DNA from: Promethearchaeota archaeon
GTDB taxonomy: Archaea > Asgardarchaeota > Lokiarchaeia > Sigyniarchaeales > SOKP01
DNA length: 64,000 nt
Direction of reading: 5' to 3'
Assembly (NCBI GenBank): GCA_048938895.1
Contig: JBHLLU010000009.1
Location: 1 to 64,000 of the forward strand
Under the pieces are notes generated by a model that was given only the letters and a program-made list of their open reading frames with translations, was not told the DNA's origin and did no database searches. The position numbers and the translations under genes were made by a program. Of the stretch, positions 39,492 to 49,495 are shown in pieces. Each line of letters starts with the position of its first letter. Positions within the stretch are counted from its first letter, which is position 1.

Positions 39492-40085
39492 TCACAGAGT
39501 AGATAAAAATTCAGAAACGTTTTCTTCAGACTCTTCGTCAATTAAACTATCATCAAATTCTCCACCAATATAATTGAATCTATATGTACACTTTTCTGCA
39601 TCCAACAAGGCACAATTAATTTCTTCTCCGTCAACGTCTAGTTGCAATACATCAAAAAGGCCATTAAATATTCCTTGGTATAACAGGCATAGATTTTTTG
39701 CCATGATATTATCAGATTCCTCACAGGCAAGTGAACCCTCTACGTCTATTATAATGTGGTCTTTTTTGAACTTGCCTACCAATTGACCGTAACCCATAAG
39801 CTCTAATGCTTCAAGAGCTCCCAATAACACTTCTTTTCGAGTTGCTAAAGATTCACTTGACCAATCTTTACTATAGAAGAATTTTTCCATAAAATCTTTC
39901 CCAAGAGACTTCCCAACCCAAATCAGGATATCATCTGCATTTGTACCGGCAAATTCAGAAAATTCAATTATATCGAGAGGTCTTAACATAAGCAATTTCA
40001 TATCTTTCTTTTTATCACCAAAGAATAAGTGCCCCTCTTTATCATCAAACATAATATTTAACTCTTTTCGTAATCTTTTCGACAT
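39492..40085 (-). CDS. V4R-domain (Bet3/TRAPP-related fold) protein
   Basis: MGYG, C...GIFNG.F...EINC..D..KCTY V4R pattern. Confidence 0.75.
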   Translation of the reverse strand: MSKRLRKELNIMFDDKEGHLFFGDKKKDMKLLMLRPLDIIEFSEFAGTNADDILIWVGKSLGKDFMEKFFYSKDWSSESLATRKEVLLGALEALELMGYGQLVGKFKKDHIIIDVEGSLACEESDNIMAKNLCLLYQGIFNGLFDVLQLDVDGEEINCALLDAEKCTYRFNYIGGEFDDSLIDEESEENVSEFLSTL

Positions 40086-40227
40086 TATTATTCCCTAAAT
40101 CGATTTTCTCAGAGGTTTGATAAATAGTTATTAAGATGTTATTTCTTATAATAGAAATTTAAATCCCTAGATATTTAAACTTAATGATTGGATCATTAGG
40201 TTTTAAAATTTACTAGAATATTAAGCT

Positions 40228-41247
40228 CTATTTTTGGATATGGTTATACTTTGACATTAAATCGAAGATCATTTCAACCGTTTTTTCAATGTTGTGATTT
40301 GTTTTTACCGAAGTAAACAGGAATTGCCAATTCCTGTTCTTAATTTTTTCGAATCCAAAATATGTAAATACGTCTTTTTTTAATGTTTCAAGATTTTTAT
40401 CTGATTGTCTAATTAAGTCACTTTTATTCCCTAATATCAATAGAGGAACTGCTTCCAACTCCTTATTATTTAGTATTCTCCAAAGTTCTCTTTTTGATTC
40501 TTCGAATCTTCTCTGATTTGCAATGTCTAGCATGTAAATAAGTATGTTAGAATCCTGTAAACCTTTCAACCACTTAGATCTGAAAATAGATTGTCCTGGA
40601 AGATCCCAAATAGCTAATAATCCTCCCTGATCTTCATGAATATATTCTATATTAAATTTTCTTGTAGGTGTAAAGTAGTTGTCATTGTACTCTCCAGTTT
40701 TTAATCGTCTTACAAAACTTGTTTTTCCAACATCATCAATTCCAAATAAAAAAACTTTAAAAAATGCTTCTTTCTCGTAGTAATATTCTAATTCTGGTGT
40801 TTTTTCTACAACTTCATCACCAAATCTTCGAAGATCAATAAACATCGAAATCAATAAGTTATCTATTTCCATTTCTTCTTCAAAGGAATATCCATTACCA
40901 TTATTCAGCAATTCACATAATAATTCTTCAAATATGTCCTTATAATCATATGGATTATCTTCTTCCTCAAAGATCAGTCCCACAATTATATCCTCGTCAA
41001 TACAAGAAGTATAGATATTGAAGTCATTAATATATTGAGCTATTGGTTTTTCAATTCTAAAATGGTTTGAAGATCTATATGTTGAGGGAGTGCTTTTGAT
41101 TTCTGCTTCTTTTTTTTGATCATGTCCTCTGATGATACTATTAATGAGGATTCTATTGTTGTTATTAATAATTTCTTTAGGGTAACAATAAATATTGAGA
41201 TCCTCTAAATCCTTCTTACCCTTGAACAAAAAGATATTATGTAACAA
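40228..41247 (-). CDS. Longin/uDENN-like domain fused to an Arf-like small GTPase
   Basis: G1 GIDDVGKTS, PT, WDLPGQ, NKSD, TSVK. The N-terminal ~150 aa (IYCYP...IIVGLIFEEEDNPYDY) is an alpha/beta domain; the longin assignment is inferred. Confidence 0.8.
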   Translation of the reverse strand: MLHNIFLFKGKKDLEDLNIYCYPKEIINNNNRILINSIIRGHDQKKEAEIKSTPSTYRSSNHFRIEKPIAQYINDFNIYTSCIDEDIIVGLIFEEEDNPYDYKDIFEELLCELLNNGNGYSFEEEMEIDNLLISMFIDLRRFGDEVVEKTPELEYYYEKEAFFKVFLFGIDDVGKTSFVRRLKTGEYNDNYFTPTRKFNIEYIHEDQGGLLAIWDLPGQSIFRSKWLKGLQDSNILIYMLDIANQRRFEESKRELWRILNNKELEAVPLLILGNKSDLIRQSDKNLETLKKDVFTYFGFEKIKNRNWQFLFTSVKTNHNIEKTVEMIFDLMSKYNHIQK

Positions 41248-41416
41248 TTAAAATTTCCGAAATTCTTAATTCCTATAAGGTAAAAAATAAAAACTATTTA
41301 AAAAAAGTTTGGAATCTTGCAGACTTTGTATCTTTTTAAAGTTTTTGGTTTACCTTATAAAAGACAAATATCCTTATGATATTTATAAATGAACAATAAA
41401 ATGTAAATTCAAAAAT

Positions 41417-42832
41417 TTAATCTTCTTCTTGCGCATCAGGTTCTTCTGGAGGTATCTCTTCTTTACTTTCCTCTGATTCTTCAATAGTTTCTTCGTTTTC
41501 TTCTATAGTTTGTTCTACTTCTACTTCAGGCTCAACTTTTGCACCTACAGGAGTTTCACAATGAGGACATTTACTCCACCCAGGTCTTAGTGCATAACCA
41601 CATTTCACACATTCCTTCAAGTCTTTATCTGGTTCCCATTCAGGAATATCCAAACCACCTTGTCTTTTTCGAGCTAATTCTTGTAAATCTTCTTCAGTCC
41701 AAACCTCCATTCCTTCAGGTAAACCCACACTCCGCTCAGATGCGAATTTATTTAATTCTTCCTCTGTCCATTCTGGCATACTTGGTTGAGATTCCATTCT
41801 TTTTTGAGCTTCCGAAGCTAGTTCTTCAGCAGTCCAAACTTTTAGCTCTTGACCTCCAGGAGTCCTAGATAGTGGGGGTGATACCTGCCCTGGGGTTTGA
41901 GGAGGTTGAGAGGGCACCCCAACAGAAGGAACATTACAAGATTCAGCAGAAAACTTTAATAACGCTTCAAAACATCTAGAATACTTGTTTGGGTCTTTTC
42001 CCTCATCGAGAACTAAAAGTAATGTAGTCTTTTCAGAACTATGAGGTACAGCAATACTGAAGACAGCGATATCTGAAGAAATTCTGTCTGATTCTAATCC
42101 TGAAGTTATTCTTTCCATTGAGTTCATGAGTTCATTATCTTTCATTAAAAAATCACATATTGGATCCCCATGTCTTTGATAAGCTTCATGGTATTTAGCA
42201 AGATGATTTTTTGTTATTGTTGAATCTAATGAGGTAATTAAGGCACTTACATAAGAATAGATTTGAGATTTGGGATCTTTTTGAGATTCATCAAGTTTAT
42301 AAGCCCCTAAATCGATTGGTCCCATAATTGGTGCAAATAATGGTTTCTCTCCTTTTGTTTTCCCAAAGATTATTGAACGTGAGAGAAGGCACTTTACTTC
42401 ACCATAATACGCAATTGAGTTGTCTAAAAGCTCAAGTTTCTTATCGAAAACTATACGAGGGACAGTTCGAAATATCACATCAACCCAGGGCATCTCTTTT
42501 ACAGGGATAATTGCAATACATGTTTTTTCAATGAGTTCACGTAAAAGTTTGACAAAACCCTTCAATTCTTTTTTTATATCTGCATAATCTTCATTTACTA
42601 GTTCTTCATTAGCTCGTTCTTCGAGCTCTTTAAATTTCTCTTCATTAACTTTTAGATTTCCTCCGAAAGATTTGACATCACCTACGATATTATCTTTCAA
42701 TATTGCAATTGCATTTTCAATCGCTTTTTTCTGGAAATCTGTAAGATCGTGGTCTTCACTGGCTACTATGTAATCAGCAGGATCAAATTCTAACTTATTT
42801 TGGAACACTTGAAAAAGTTTCTGTTCTGACAC
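41417..42832 (-). CDS. Hypothetical protein with Pro-rich linker, WT(A/E)E(E/D)L repeats, zinc ribbon and acidic tail
   Basis: VWTAEEL, EWTEEEL, VWTEEDL, EWEPD; then CVKC..CPHC. Confidence 0.7.
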   Translation of the reverse strand: MSEQKLFQVFQNKLEFDPADYIVASEDHDLTDFQKKAIENAIAILKDNIVGDVKSFGGNLKVNEEKFKELEERANEELVNEDYADIKKELKGFVKLLRELIEKTCIAIIPVKEMPWVDVIFRTVPRIVFDKKLELLDNSIAYYGEVKCLLSRSIIFGKTKGEKPLFAPIMGPIDLGAYKLDESQKDPKSQIYSYVSALITSLDSTITKNHLAKYHEAYQRHGDPICDFLMKDNELMNSMERITSGLESDRISSDIAVFSIAVPHSSEKTTLLLVLDEGKDPNKYSRCFEALLKFSAESCNVPSVGVPSQPPQTPGQVSPPLSRTPGGQELKVWTAEELASEAQKRMESQPSMPEWTEEELNKFASERSVGLPEGMEVWTEEDLQELARKRQGGLDIPEWEPDKDLKECVKCGYALRPGWSKCPHCETPVGAKVEPEVEVEQTIEENEETIEESEESKEEIPPEEPDAQEED

Positions 42833-43540
42833 TTCTTTTCACTTTAACTAGTTTATAGTTTTAAATAATAGATATTTATAAATATAGCAACGAAATGACT
42901 ATAAAAATTTATTTGAATCCGCCTTTTATCGAAATTTAAGAAAAAAGATTAATACTTTAGAAATCAGGTTATGAAAACTATAAATAATCCTACAAGTCGA
43001 CAAGTAAAGATTCTCTTCCTCATTACTGAAGACAATAAAGGATTATTTAATATTTCACACAAAAATTTTCTAGAATTTTTGCAGTGTGTAATAGCTAAAA
43101 ATGGTTATTAGAACCTAAATTATAGTTAATATAAAGCTTTAATTTTAATTTTGTTTAACTAAATGTCTATTTGAATTAAGAAAATATTTGTGATTATTTA
43201 AATAAATAAAAAATGTTTATTTAAACTCAATATTTTTTATGATCATTTTAATTTACATTTGAAGCTAGGTAAAATTTTTTTAAACAGGTTTATATAGATA
43301 TTAAAACTCCAAAAACGACATTAAATTTGAGGAGTATAGCATTGTTCTTAAAATTAACATATTAATATACATTTTGGAATTGGAAAGACATGACAAAATA
43401 GTATTGCTTTAAATATATTAATACGATAAAAAAAAATGTTTATATATTATCTTATCATCTATGATCATATAAAAAAAATTGTGGTTTAAGGCGATTGTTT
43501 TAAAAAAGGCATTAGACAATTTGCCGAATCTTGATTTTGA

Positions 43541-43846
43541 TTGAGGAGAAGTGAAATGAAAATTGTTACCGTTAATATACCTGAAACTTATCTCGAAAGT
43601 ATTGAGAGACTCATAGGGGAGGATGGATTATATCCTTCACGATCTGAATTAATCCGTTGTGCGGTTCGTGATTTTTTAATAAAAGAATTAAAAAGAGCGA
43701 ATGAAATGATAAGATATAAAGAAGTCGAGGTTGAGGAACTTGACGATAAAAATTACGTAAGGGTTCCTGTAGAAAAAGTCGACGAAAATAATGAACCTGT
43801 TCGAGAATTTAAGACTTATAAGATAATAAAAAGACTTGAATATTAA
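43541..43846 (+). CDS. Ribbon-helix-helix (CopG/Arc/MetJ) transcriptional regulator; likely start ATG 43556
   Basis: MKIVTVNIPETYLESIERLI..GLYPSRSELIRCAVRDFL. Confidence 0.85.
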   Translation: MRRSEMKIVTVNIPETYLESIERLIGEDGLYPSRSELIRCAVRDFLIKELKRANEMIRYKEVEVEELDDKNYVRVPVEKVDENNEPVREFKTYKIIKRLEY

Positions 43847-43870
43847 AATTTTAAAGGATTTTTAGGTTTG

Positions 43871-43902
43871 AAGGTTTCCACCTTTCCTCATTTTCTTTTT
43901 TT
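43871..43902 (+). terminator. Short hairpin plus T-tract after the RHH gene
   Basis: AAGGT-TTCC-ACCTT followed by TTTTCTTTTTTT. Confidence 0.35.
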
Positions 43903-44161
43903 GATATTATGTATTATGTAATGAACTATTTTTAAAATTGGAAGTTTAAATTGTCTAACTTTTGCTTTTTTTTGAATTATAATAATTGGGGTAGAATTAT
44001 TACTATGTACAACTAATTAGTTATTTAAGTAAGAAATGAATTTACTAATATTATTATGATATAAGATAATTCAATGAGAAAGAAAAATAGAGGTAATTTT
44101 TATCCCTCATAGAAATAAAAACACGAAAAAGAATGATGCTCAAGGATTTGTCCCTAACTTT

Positions 44162-45388
44162 ATGGAATGGGGTATCATTTCTAAAGAAAACTTTAAAGAT
44201 ATTTATGAAATACCAATTAAGCGTTGGGATCCTCTTTCTACAATAAAGATCACTTCAAAAGATTTTGGTCTTCGAACCGAGCACACAAGATATTATGGTC
44301 ATTATTCCTACATATCTCCAATTAGAGGTAATCGCCCGAAGGGTTTTAAATCAGAAGAGGAGGAGAAACAATTTTATGATTGCTCAAAAAGAACAAAACT
44401 GAAGCATAAAGATGTCTTTTCTTCGGTTATAGAAGGAAAGCAAGTTTATGACAATTGGGGAATGCCTATTGGTGATGGGTATACAATTATTATCAATCAG
44501 GATGAAATTAGGAGAGATAATCCTTTTTCTAAGAATCCCCATAGAATTGATAGAATTCCAGAGGAAAGTAAAGCTCTGACTTTAATTAATAGATACCCCT
44601 CAATGGCACGAATAGTTGATCCTGAAATCGATAAATATGTAAAAAGTAAATTACCTTCTCACCTGAAATTATCAAGGGGGATTAATTTGGTAACAATTTC
44701 AAGGAATTTCTATCCTTCATTATGTTTCAATTTAATCCCTGCAGATTTATTATCAGGAATTTTTCTTTCTATGAAAGCAGCAATTCTTTATTGTGTTGAA
44801 GAAGCAATTGAGAATGATTATTATGATATCCCTGTCGTGCCTTTCTTTAATATCGGAAGGAAAGTTGGTGGTTCCCAACCTCGGATTCATAGCCAAACTT
44901 ATATAGATTTGAATATGGATGGACATGGAAGTCGATTAGAAGGATACCTTGAAGCATTTAAGGGAATGGGAGATGAATGTCATTTATGCAAAACTTCACA
45001 TGGAGATACTGATAGAATTATCCTAAATTCTGATTTTTGGACATTTTATACTACTGGAAGTCCCGTGCGAAATTATCATATAAGATTTCACCCAAATGAA
45101 CATATTAGACGGTTTTCTCAATTAAAGGTTAATCAAATTGACGATTTAGCTTATTCTTTAAAAATTATCTTCCAAGCTTTAGATGATATTAATATTGATA
45201 AGAATAGAAATATCTTGTTTAACTCTTGTCCATTTGGTTATGATGCCAATTTCCATTTGTTTGCTGATATAATCCCTCATGAAACTATTGGAGGTGCTGA
45301 GATGGCAGAGGATATGAGAGTCGCCCGAAAATTACCACATATTGCCGCAAAAGAAATAAGAGAATCATTAGAGAAGTATACGAGATAA
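44162..45388 (+). CDS. GalT/HIT-family nucleotidyltransferase (possible ATC start at 44102)
   Basis: RGNRP, INRYP, GGSQPRIHSQ (GalT GxSxxHPHxQ equivalent), CHLC, C-terminal HIT-like half. Confidence 0.7.
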   Translation: MEWGIISKENFKDIYEIPIKRWDPLSTIKITSKDFGLRTEHTRYYGHYSYISPIRGNRPKGFKSEEEEKQFYDCSKRTKLKHKDVFSSVIEGKQVYDNWGMPIGDGYTIIINQDEIRRDNPFSKNPHRIDRIPEESKALTLINRYPSMARIVDPEIDKYVKSKLPSHLKLSRGINLVTISRNFYPSLCFNLIPADLLSGIFLSMKAAILYCVEEAIENDYYDIPVVPFFNIGRKVGGSQPRIHSQTYIDLNMDGHGSRLEGYLEAFKGMGDECHLCKTSHGDTDRIILNSDFWTFYTTGSPVRNYHIRFHPNEHIRRFSQLKVNQIDDLAYSLKIIFQALDDINIDKNRNILFNSCPFGYDANFHLFADIIPHETIGGAEMAEDMRVARKLPHIAAKEIRESLEKYTR

Positions 45389-45536
45389 TTGTTTGAAGAG
45401 GCTCTATTTATTTTATTTTAATAATTTTTTTATATCAAATAAAATTAGATTTATAACTATTGTATCTGATATATATAGTGTTTGTTATCTTAATGAATTC
45501 ATTTATTATCTTTCTTAAGGAATATTTTAATTTACT

Positions 45537-46688
45537 ATGACTCGTGAATGGTCTGCCATAATACTTGCTGGTGGTAAAGGCGAGAGATTGATGCCTTTGA
45601 CCTCTTTAATTCCAAAACCTTTAGTAAAAGTAACCAACGTTCCTATGGTCGATTATGCTATTGCACATCTTGTTTATGCAGATATTAAGCATATAATTCT
45701 TGCTTTAGCATATAAAGGAGATTTATTAAAGAATTATATTGAAAAAACTTGGACTGCTGATAGACTTGGTGATGTTGAACTGGAATGTGAGATACAAAAA
45801 AGTAATGGAACTGCTGATGCATATAGGTTACTTACAGATAGAATTGATTCCGAAAAAGTTGTTGTTAGCATGGCAGATATTGTCACTAATTTACCTATGA
45901 AAGATTTTATGGCATTTCATTCAGAAAAAAAAGGTCTGGCTACAATATCGATGAAAACTGTGGAAAGCCATACATCTCAATATGGAGTAGTTCTTTTAGA
46001 TAAAAACCGTAAAATTTATCTTTTTCTTGAGAAACCAGCCCCAATGGAACTATATGTAAGCAGCATGGCTCAGAGAGCCGATCTTTTTCTTCATACTAAC
46101 ATTATAAATACTGGGATTTATTGTTTTAATAAGGATATAGGAAAGATACTTCATGAAACAGGTTTAATGGATTTTGGTGGTGAACTTTTTCCATATCTTC
46201 TTGAAAATCAATATAATTTATATGGGTTTGTTAAAAATTATTACTGGATGGATGCGGGGAATTCTACCACCTATTTATGGGTAAACTGGGATCTACTTCG
46301 AAAGTATGCATGGCCTATTTTACCGAACGGTGTAGAATATGATGGAATTTATGTTATGGGAATTATTAATTCTGGTCAAAATATTGAAATCCAAAAACCA
46401 ACTTGTTTTGCAGAATTTGTGCAATTAGAAAATCGTGTCAAGATTAAAGAACTCTCTTCCATTGGACATAATGTTATTATAGGAGAAGACAGTGTAATTG
46501 AGAAAAGTGTAATTTGGGATAATGTGAAGATTGGAGCAGGCTGTATTATTACGGAAAGTATAATTTGTGATAATTGCACTATTGGCGAAAACGTTGTTTT
46601 AGAGAGATCGATAATTGCACCAAACTGCAGAATTGAAAATAATTCCCAATTACGAGATAAGACCTTGGAGCTTGGAACAAATATTTAG
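45537..46688 (+). CDS. NDP-sugar pyrophosphorylase (nucleotidyltransferase + left-handed beta-helix)
   Basis: AIILAGGKGERLMPLT..PKPL, FLEKP, INTGIY, YWMDAG, hexapeptide repeats. Confidence 0.9.
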   Translation: MTREWSAIILAGGKGERLMPLTSLIPKPLVKVTNVPMVDYAIAHLVYADIKHIILALAYKGDLLKNYIEKTWTADRLGDVELECEIQKSNGTADAYRLLTDRIDSEKVVVSMADIVTNLPMKDFMAFHSEKKGLATISMKTVESHTSQYGVVLLDKNRKIYLFLEKPAPMELYVSSMAQRADLFLHTNIINTGIYCFNKDIGKILHETGLMDFGGELFPYLLENQYNLYGFVKNYYWMDAGNSTTYLWVNWDLLRKYAWPILPNGVEYDGIYVMGIINSGQNIEIQKPTCFAEFVQLENRVKIKELSSIGHNVIIGEDSVIEKSVIWDNVKIGAGCIITESIICDNCTIGENVVLERSIIAPNCRIENNSQLRDKTLELGTNI

Positions 46689-46708
46689 GAAATCATTTTT
46701 TAATATCT

Positions 46709-47182
46709 GTGGGGATATTATCTCGTAAACTGATGAAAAATGAAATATTTATATGTTCAAATGTAATTAATACAATTATGCCTTATTGCATTGAGTGTGG
46801 ACTGAAAATTGAGGAAACTTGGAATATTTGTCCTCAATGTGGAAAAGAACTTAAAAAACAAGAAATCCATCAACCTCAGCCACTCCCACGATTCCAACCA
46901 CAACCAACAGCACCTAGAGTTCCTACTTATCAAAAATCTTCTTCCATGGCAGGGCAAAACACTTATGGTGCTGTTGCTTTAGTATGTGGTATTGTAGGTT
47001 TGTTCTGTGGAGGAATTGTTTTTGGAGTTATAGCTATTATAATAGGCGGTCTTGGATTAAATAGAGATGAGAATTCTGGTATGGCAGTAATAGGTTTGAT
47101 TTTAGGTGTTATAGATATTACGTGTTTCTTTATTTCTTGGTTCTGGCTTTTTAGTTGGTTTAGCTTTCCATTTCCATACTAA
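46709..47182 (+). CDS. Zinc-ribbon + DUF4190-like membrane protein (likely start MPYC)
   Basis: CIECG..CPQCG, Pro/Gln linker, two TM helices ALVCGIVG..GLILG. Confidence 0.75.
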   Translation: MGILSRKLMKNEIFICSNVINTIMPYCIECGLKIEETWNICPQCGKELKKQEIHQPQPLPRFQPQPTAPRVPTYQKSSSMAGQNTYGAVALVCGIVGLFCGGIVFGVIAIIIGGLGLNRDENSGMAVIGLILGVIDITCFFISWFWLFSWFSFPFPY

Positions 47183-47217
47183 ATATAAGTATCTTAAAAA
47201 TATAATTCTGGTTTAAG

Positions 47218-47892
47218 TTGAATTCGATAAATAATAATCAATATCATAATCAATTGGAGGATCCTAGTTCACTTTCTAGTGATGGGCAGGAAAATGGCAG
47301 ATTTAAGAAGATCTTATTGTATGTTAAAAGTTTTCTCCCTTTTTTTTTAAGTCATCATCCTGAATGTAAATATTTCAAGGGTCATACCATAAATTGTGGT
47401 AAAATCAGGTTATGTATTGGGTGTTTTATTGGTTATCCTACAGTATTCCTCACAGTTTTCCTTCTTGCAATGCTAGATACAAATAACTTCTTTAGTTCTG
47501 ATTTTTTTTTTATATTAAGCTTTGTCTTTTTAGGAACTTTTTTTCTTAGTTTGCTAAATCTTACCAAAAAAAAAAAAATTAAAATTATACAGAAATTTTT
47601 GATTGGTGTAGGTGCAGCCCTATTATATAATTGGATAATGAAATGTCCTAATCCGAGAAATATAAACTCAAAAACTGCATTTATAATATTCTACCCTCTT
47701 TTAATTATCTTAAATTTATACCATGCTTATGGCATCCTCGGCTCTTGCTATAAATGTGAAACTCCATTTAACTGGGGAATATGCTCTGGTTTTAATAATA
47801 TAAGAGAAAGAATGAAAAATAATAATTTGGAGAACTTCTTATTAAAGTTTGAGAGTTTTTCATTAAAATTGCAAGAGAAAAGAGCTAATTAG
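47218..47892 (+). CDS. DUF2085-like Cys/His membrane protein
   Basis: LSHHPEC..HT...LCIGCFIGY, 4 TM segments, CYKC..C. Confidence 0.6.
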   Translation: MNSINNNQYHNQLEDPSSLSSDGQENGRFKKILLYVKSFLPFFLSHHPECKYFKGHTINCGKIRLCIGCFIGYPTVFLTVFLLAMLDTNNFFSSDFFFILSFVFLGTFFLSLLNLTKKKKIKIIQKFLIGVGAALLYNWIMKCPNPRNINSKTAFIIFYPLLIILNLYHAYGILGSCYKCETPFNWGICSGFNNIRERMKNNNLENFLLKFESFSLKLQEKRAN

Positions 47893-47903
47893 GAAAAATA
47901 ATT

Positions 47904-49481
47904 ATGATTCTTGGATATTTTGGTTTAATTCTACATGGGCATATCCCATGGTGTAAGAAATCAGGAAGATGGCCTGCTGGAGAGGAATGGCTATTTGAAG
48001 CTATGAATGAGACATATATCCCATTTCTTAATGTGTTGAGAGATCTTAAAGAAAAAGGAATAAAAACGGCCATAACAATTAATATTACTCCAATATTAGC
48101 CGAACAGTTGGCAGATGAATATATGAAACAACAATTTTCGGGATATATGGAGAATCTGATTTCACGAGCTCAACAAGATATAAAACGTTTTGAGAACAAT
48201 CCTCAAAGAAAGGCAATTGCTAATTTCCATTTAGCTAAATTCAAGTATAATTTAGAAACTTTTTATCATAATTATTATAGAGATATTCTAGGAAGCTTTA
48301 AATGGCTCCAAGATGAAGGAATGATTGAATTGATCACTTGTGGAGCAACACATGGATTTTTACCTCTGTTTGAAAGTAATTCTGGAGTTTTTTCCCAAAT
48401 TCAATTAGCTGTAGACGCTCATAAAAAATATTTCAATAGAGAACCTAAAGGGATTTGGTTACCTGAATGTGCTTATAGACCCAAAGAATATAAGAATGGA
48501 AAAGTTAGAGAAAGTATTGATTACTGGTTAAATAACTCAGGAATAGAATACTTTTTTGTTGATTCGCATGGAATTTTGGATGCTGAGATTCTTGAAACTA
48601 AAAATGAAATTGGGTTAAATACTAGTTTCGGATATAATTTAGAAAGTAATGTCTCAGTTTTTGGACGAAATAAAAATACGAGTAGACAAGTCTGGGATGC
48701 TAATATTGGATATCCCGGGAATGAATATTATAGAGAATTTCATAAGAAAGATCATGAATCTGGATTGCATTATTGGAGGATTACAAAAAAACAAGAGAAG
48801 CAGTTATATGATATCGAAAAAGCTGGCAAAAAAGTAGATGCTGATTCAAATCATTTTATGAACCTTGTTGAAACAGAATTACTAGACTTTTCAAATGAGA
48901 CTGAGCTCAATGGAATTATAATTTCGATGTATGATTTTGAGCTATATGGTCACTGGTGGGGCGAAGGAATAGATTGGTTAAAGAAAGTTTTTGAACTTAT
49001 CATTAAGAATCCCAGTATTGAAATGATAACTATTTCAGATTACATTGGCAAAAACAAAAACAACTTCTCTGTTATTTCAATGAAGGAAAGTAGTTGGGGC
49101 GAAGGGGGAGATTTCAGAGTATGGAAAAATCAAGATCATGGATGGCTTTGGCCCTATATCAATAGTTCGATGAAAGCATTTGAACAAGTATTAGAAAATA
49201 ATCCTAATCCAAACGGATGGGAACAACAGGTGCTTAAACAAATTGCGAGAGAGTTGATCTTAATGGAGGGAAGTGATTGGCCATTTTTACTCTATACAGA
49301 ACAGGCTAAGGAATATGCTAATCAAAGATTTCATCACCATCATCAACGATTTCTTAAATTGATATGGGGCGCGAAAGATTTTACTGATCAAAATAGAATT
49401 AATCTACAAGAATTAGAAGAAATTGAATCAATTGACTCATGCTTTCAGGAAATTAACATAGATTATTTCAGAAAAAAGTGA
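47904..49481 (+). CDS. GH57 1,4-alpha-glucan branching enzyme
   Basis: LHGHIPW, EEWLFEAM.ETYIP, CGATHGFLP, WLPECAY, YDFELYGHWW, ESSWG, SDWPF. Confidence 0.9.
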   Translation: MILGYFGLILHGHIPWCKKSGRWPAGEEWLFEAMNETYIPFLNVLRDLKEKGIKTAITINITPILAEQLADEYMKQQFSGYMENLISRAQQDIKRFENNPQRKAIANFHLAKFKYNLETFYHNYYRDILGSFKWLQDEGMIELITCGATHGFLPLFESNSGVFSQIQLAVDAHKKYFNREPKGIWLPECAYRPKEYKNGKVRESIDYWLNNSGIEYFFVDSHGILDAEILETKNEIGLNTSFGYNLESNVSVFGRNKNTSRQVWDANIGYPGNEYYREFHKKDHESGLHYWRITKKQEKQLYDIEKAGKKVDADSNHFMNLVETELLDFSNETELNGIIISMYDFELYGHWWGEGIDWLKKVFELIIKNPSIEMITISDYIGKNKNNFSVISMKESSWGEGGDFRVWKNQDHGWLWPYINSSMKAFEQVLENNPNPNGWEQQVLKQIARELILMEGSDWPFLLYTEQAKEYANQRFHHHHQRFLKLIWGAKDFTDQNRINLQELEEIESIDSCFQEINIDYFRKK

Positions 49482-49495
49482 ACTAAAAATTAGAT

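Noticed and set aside
42971-43111. 46-aa ORF MKTINNPTSRQVKILFL... in the long intergenic gap
   Set aside because: No properly spaced SD, no motif and no paralog; compatible with chance.
47566-47578. A13 homopolymer as a phase-variation or frameshift site
   Set aside because: The frame is intact (Lys run), and long A/T runs are common in this AT-rich sequence.
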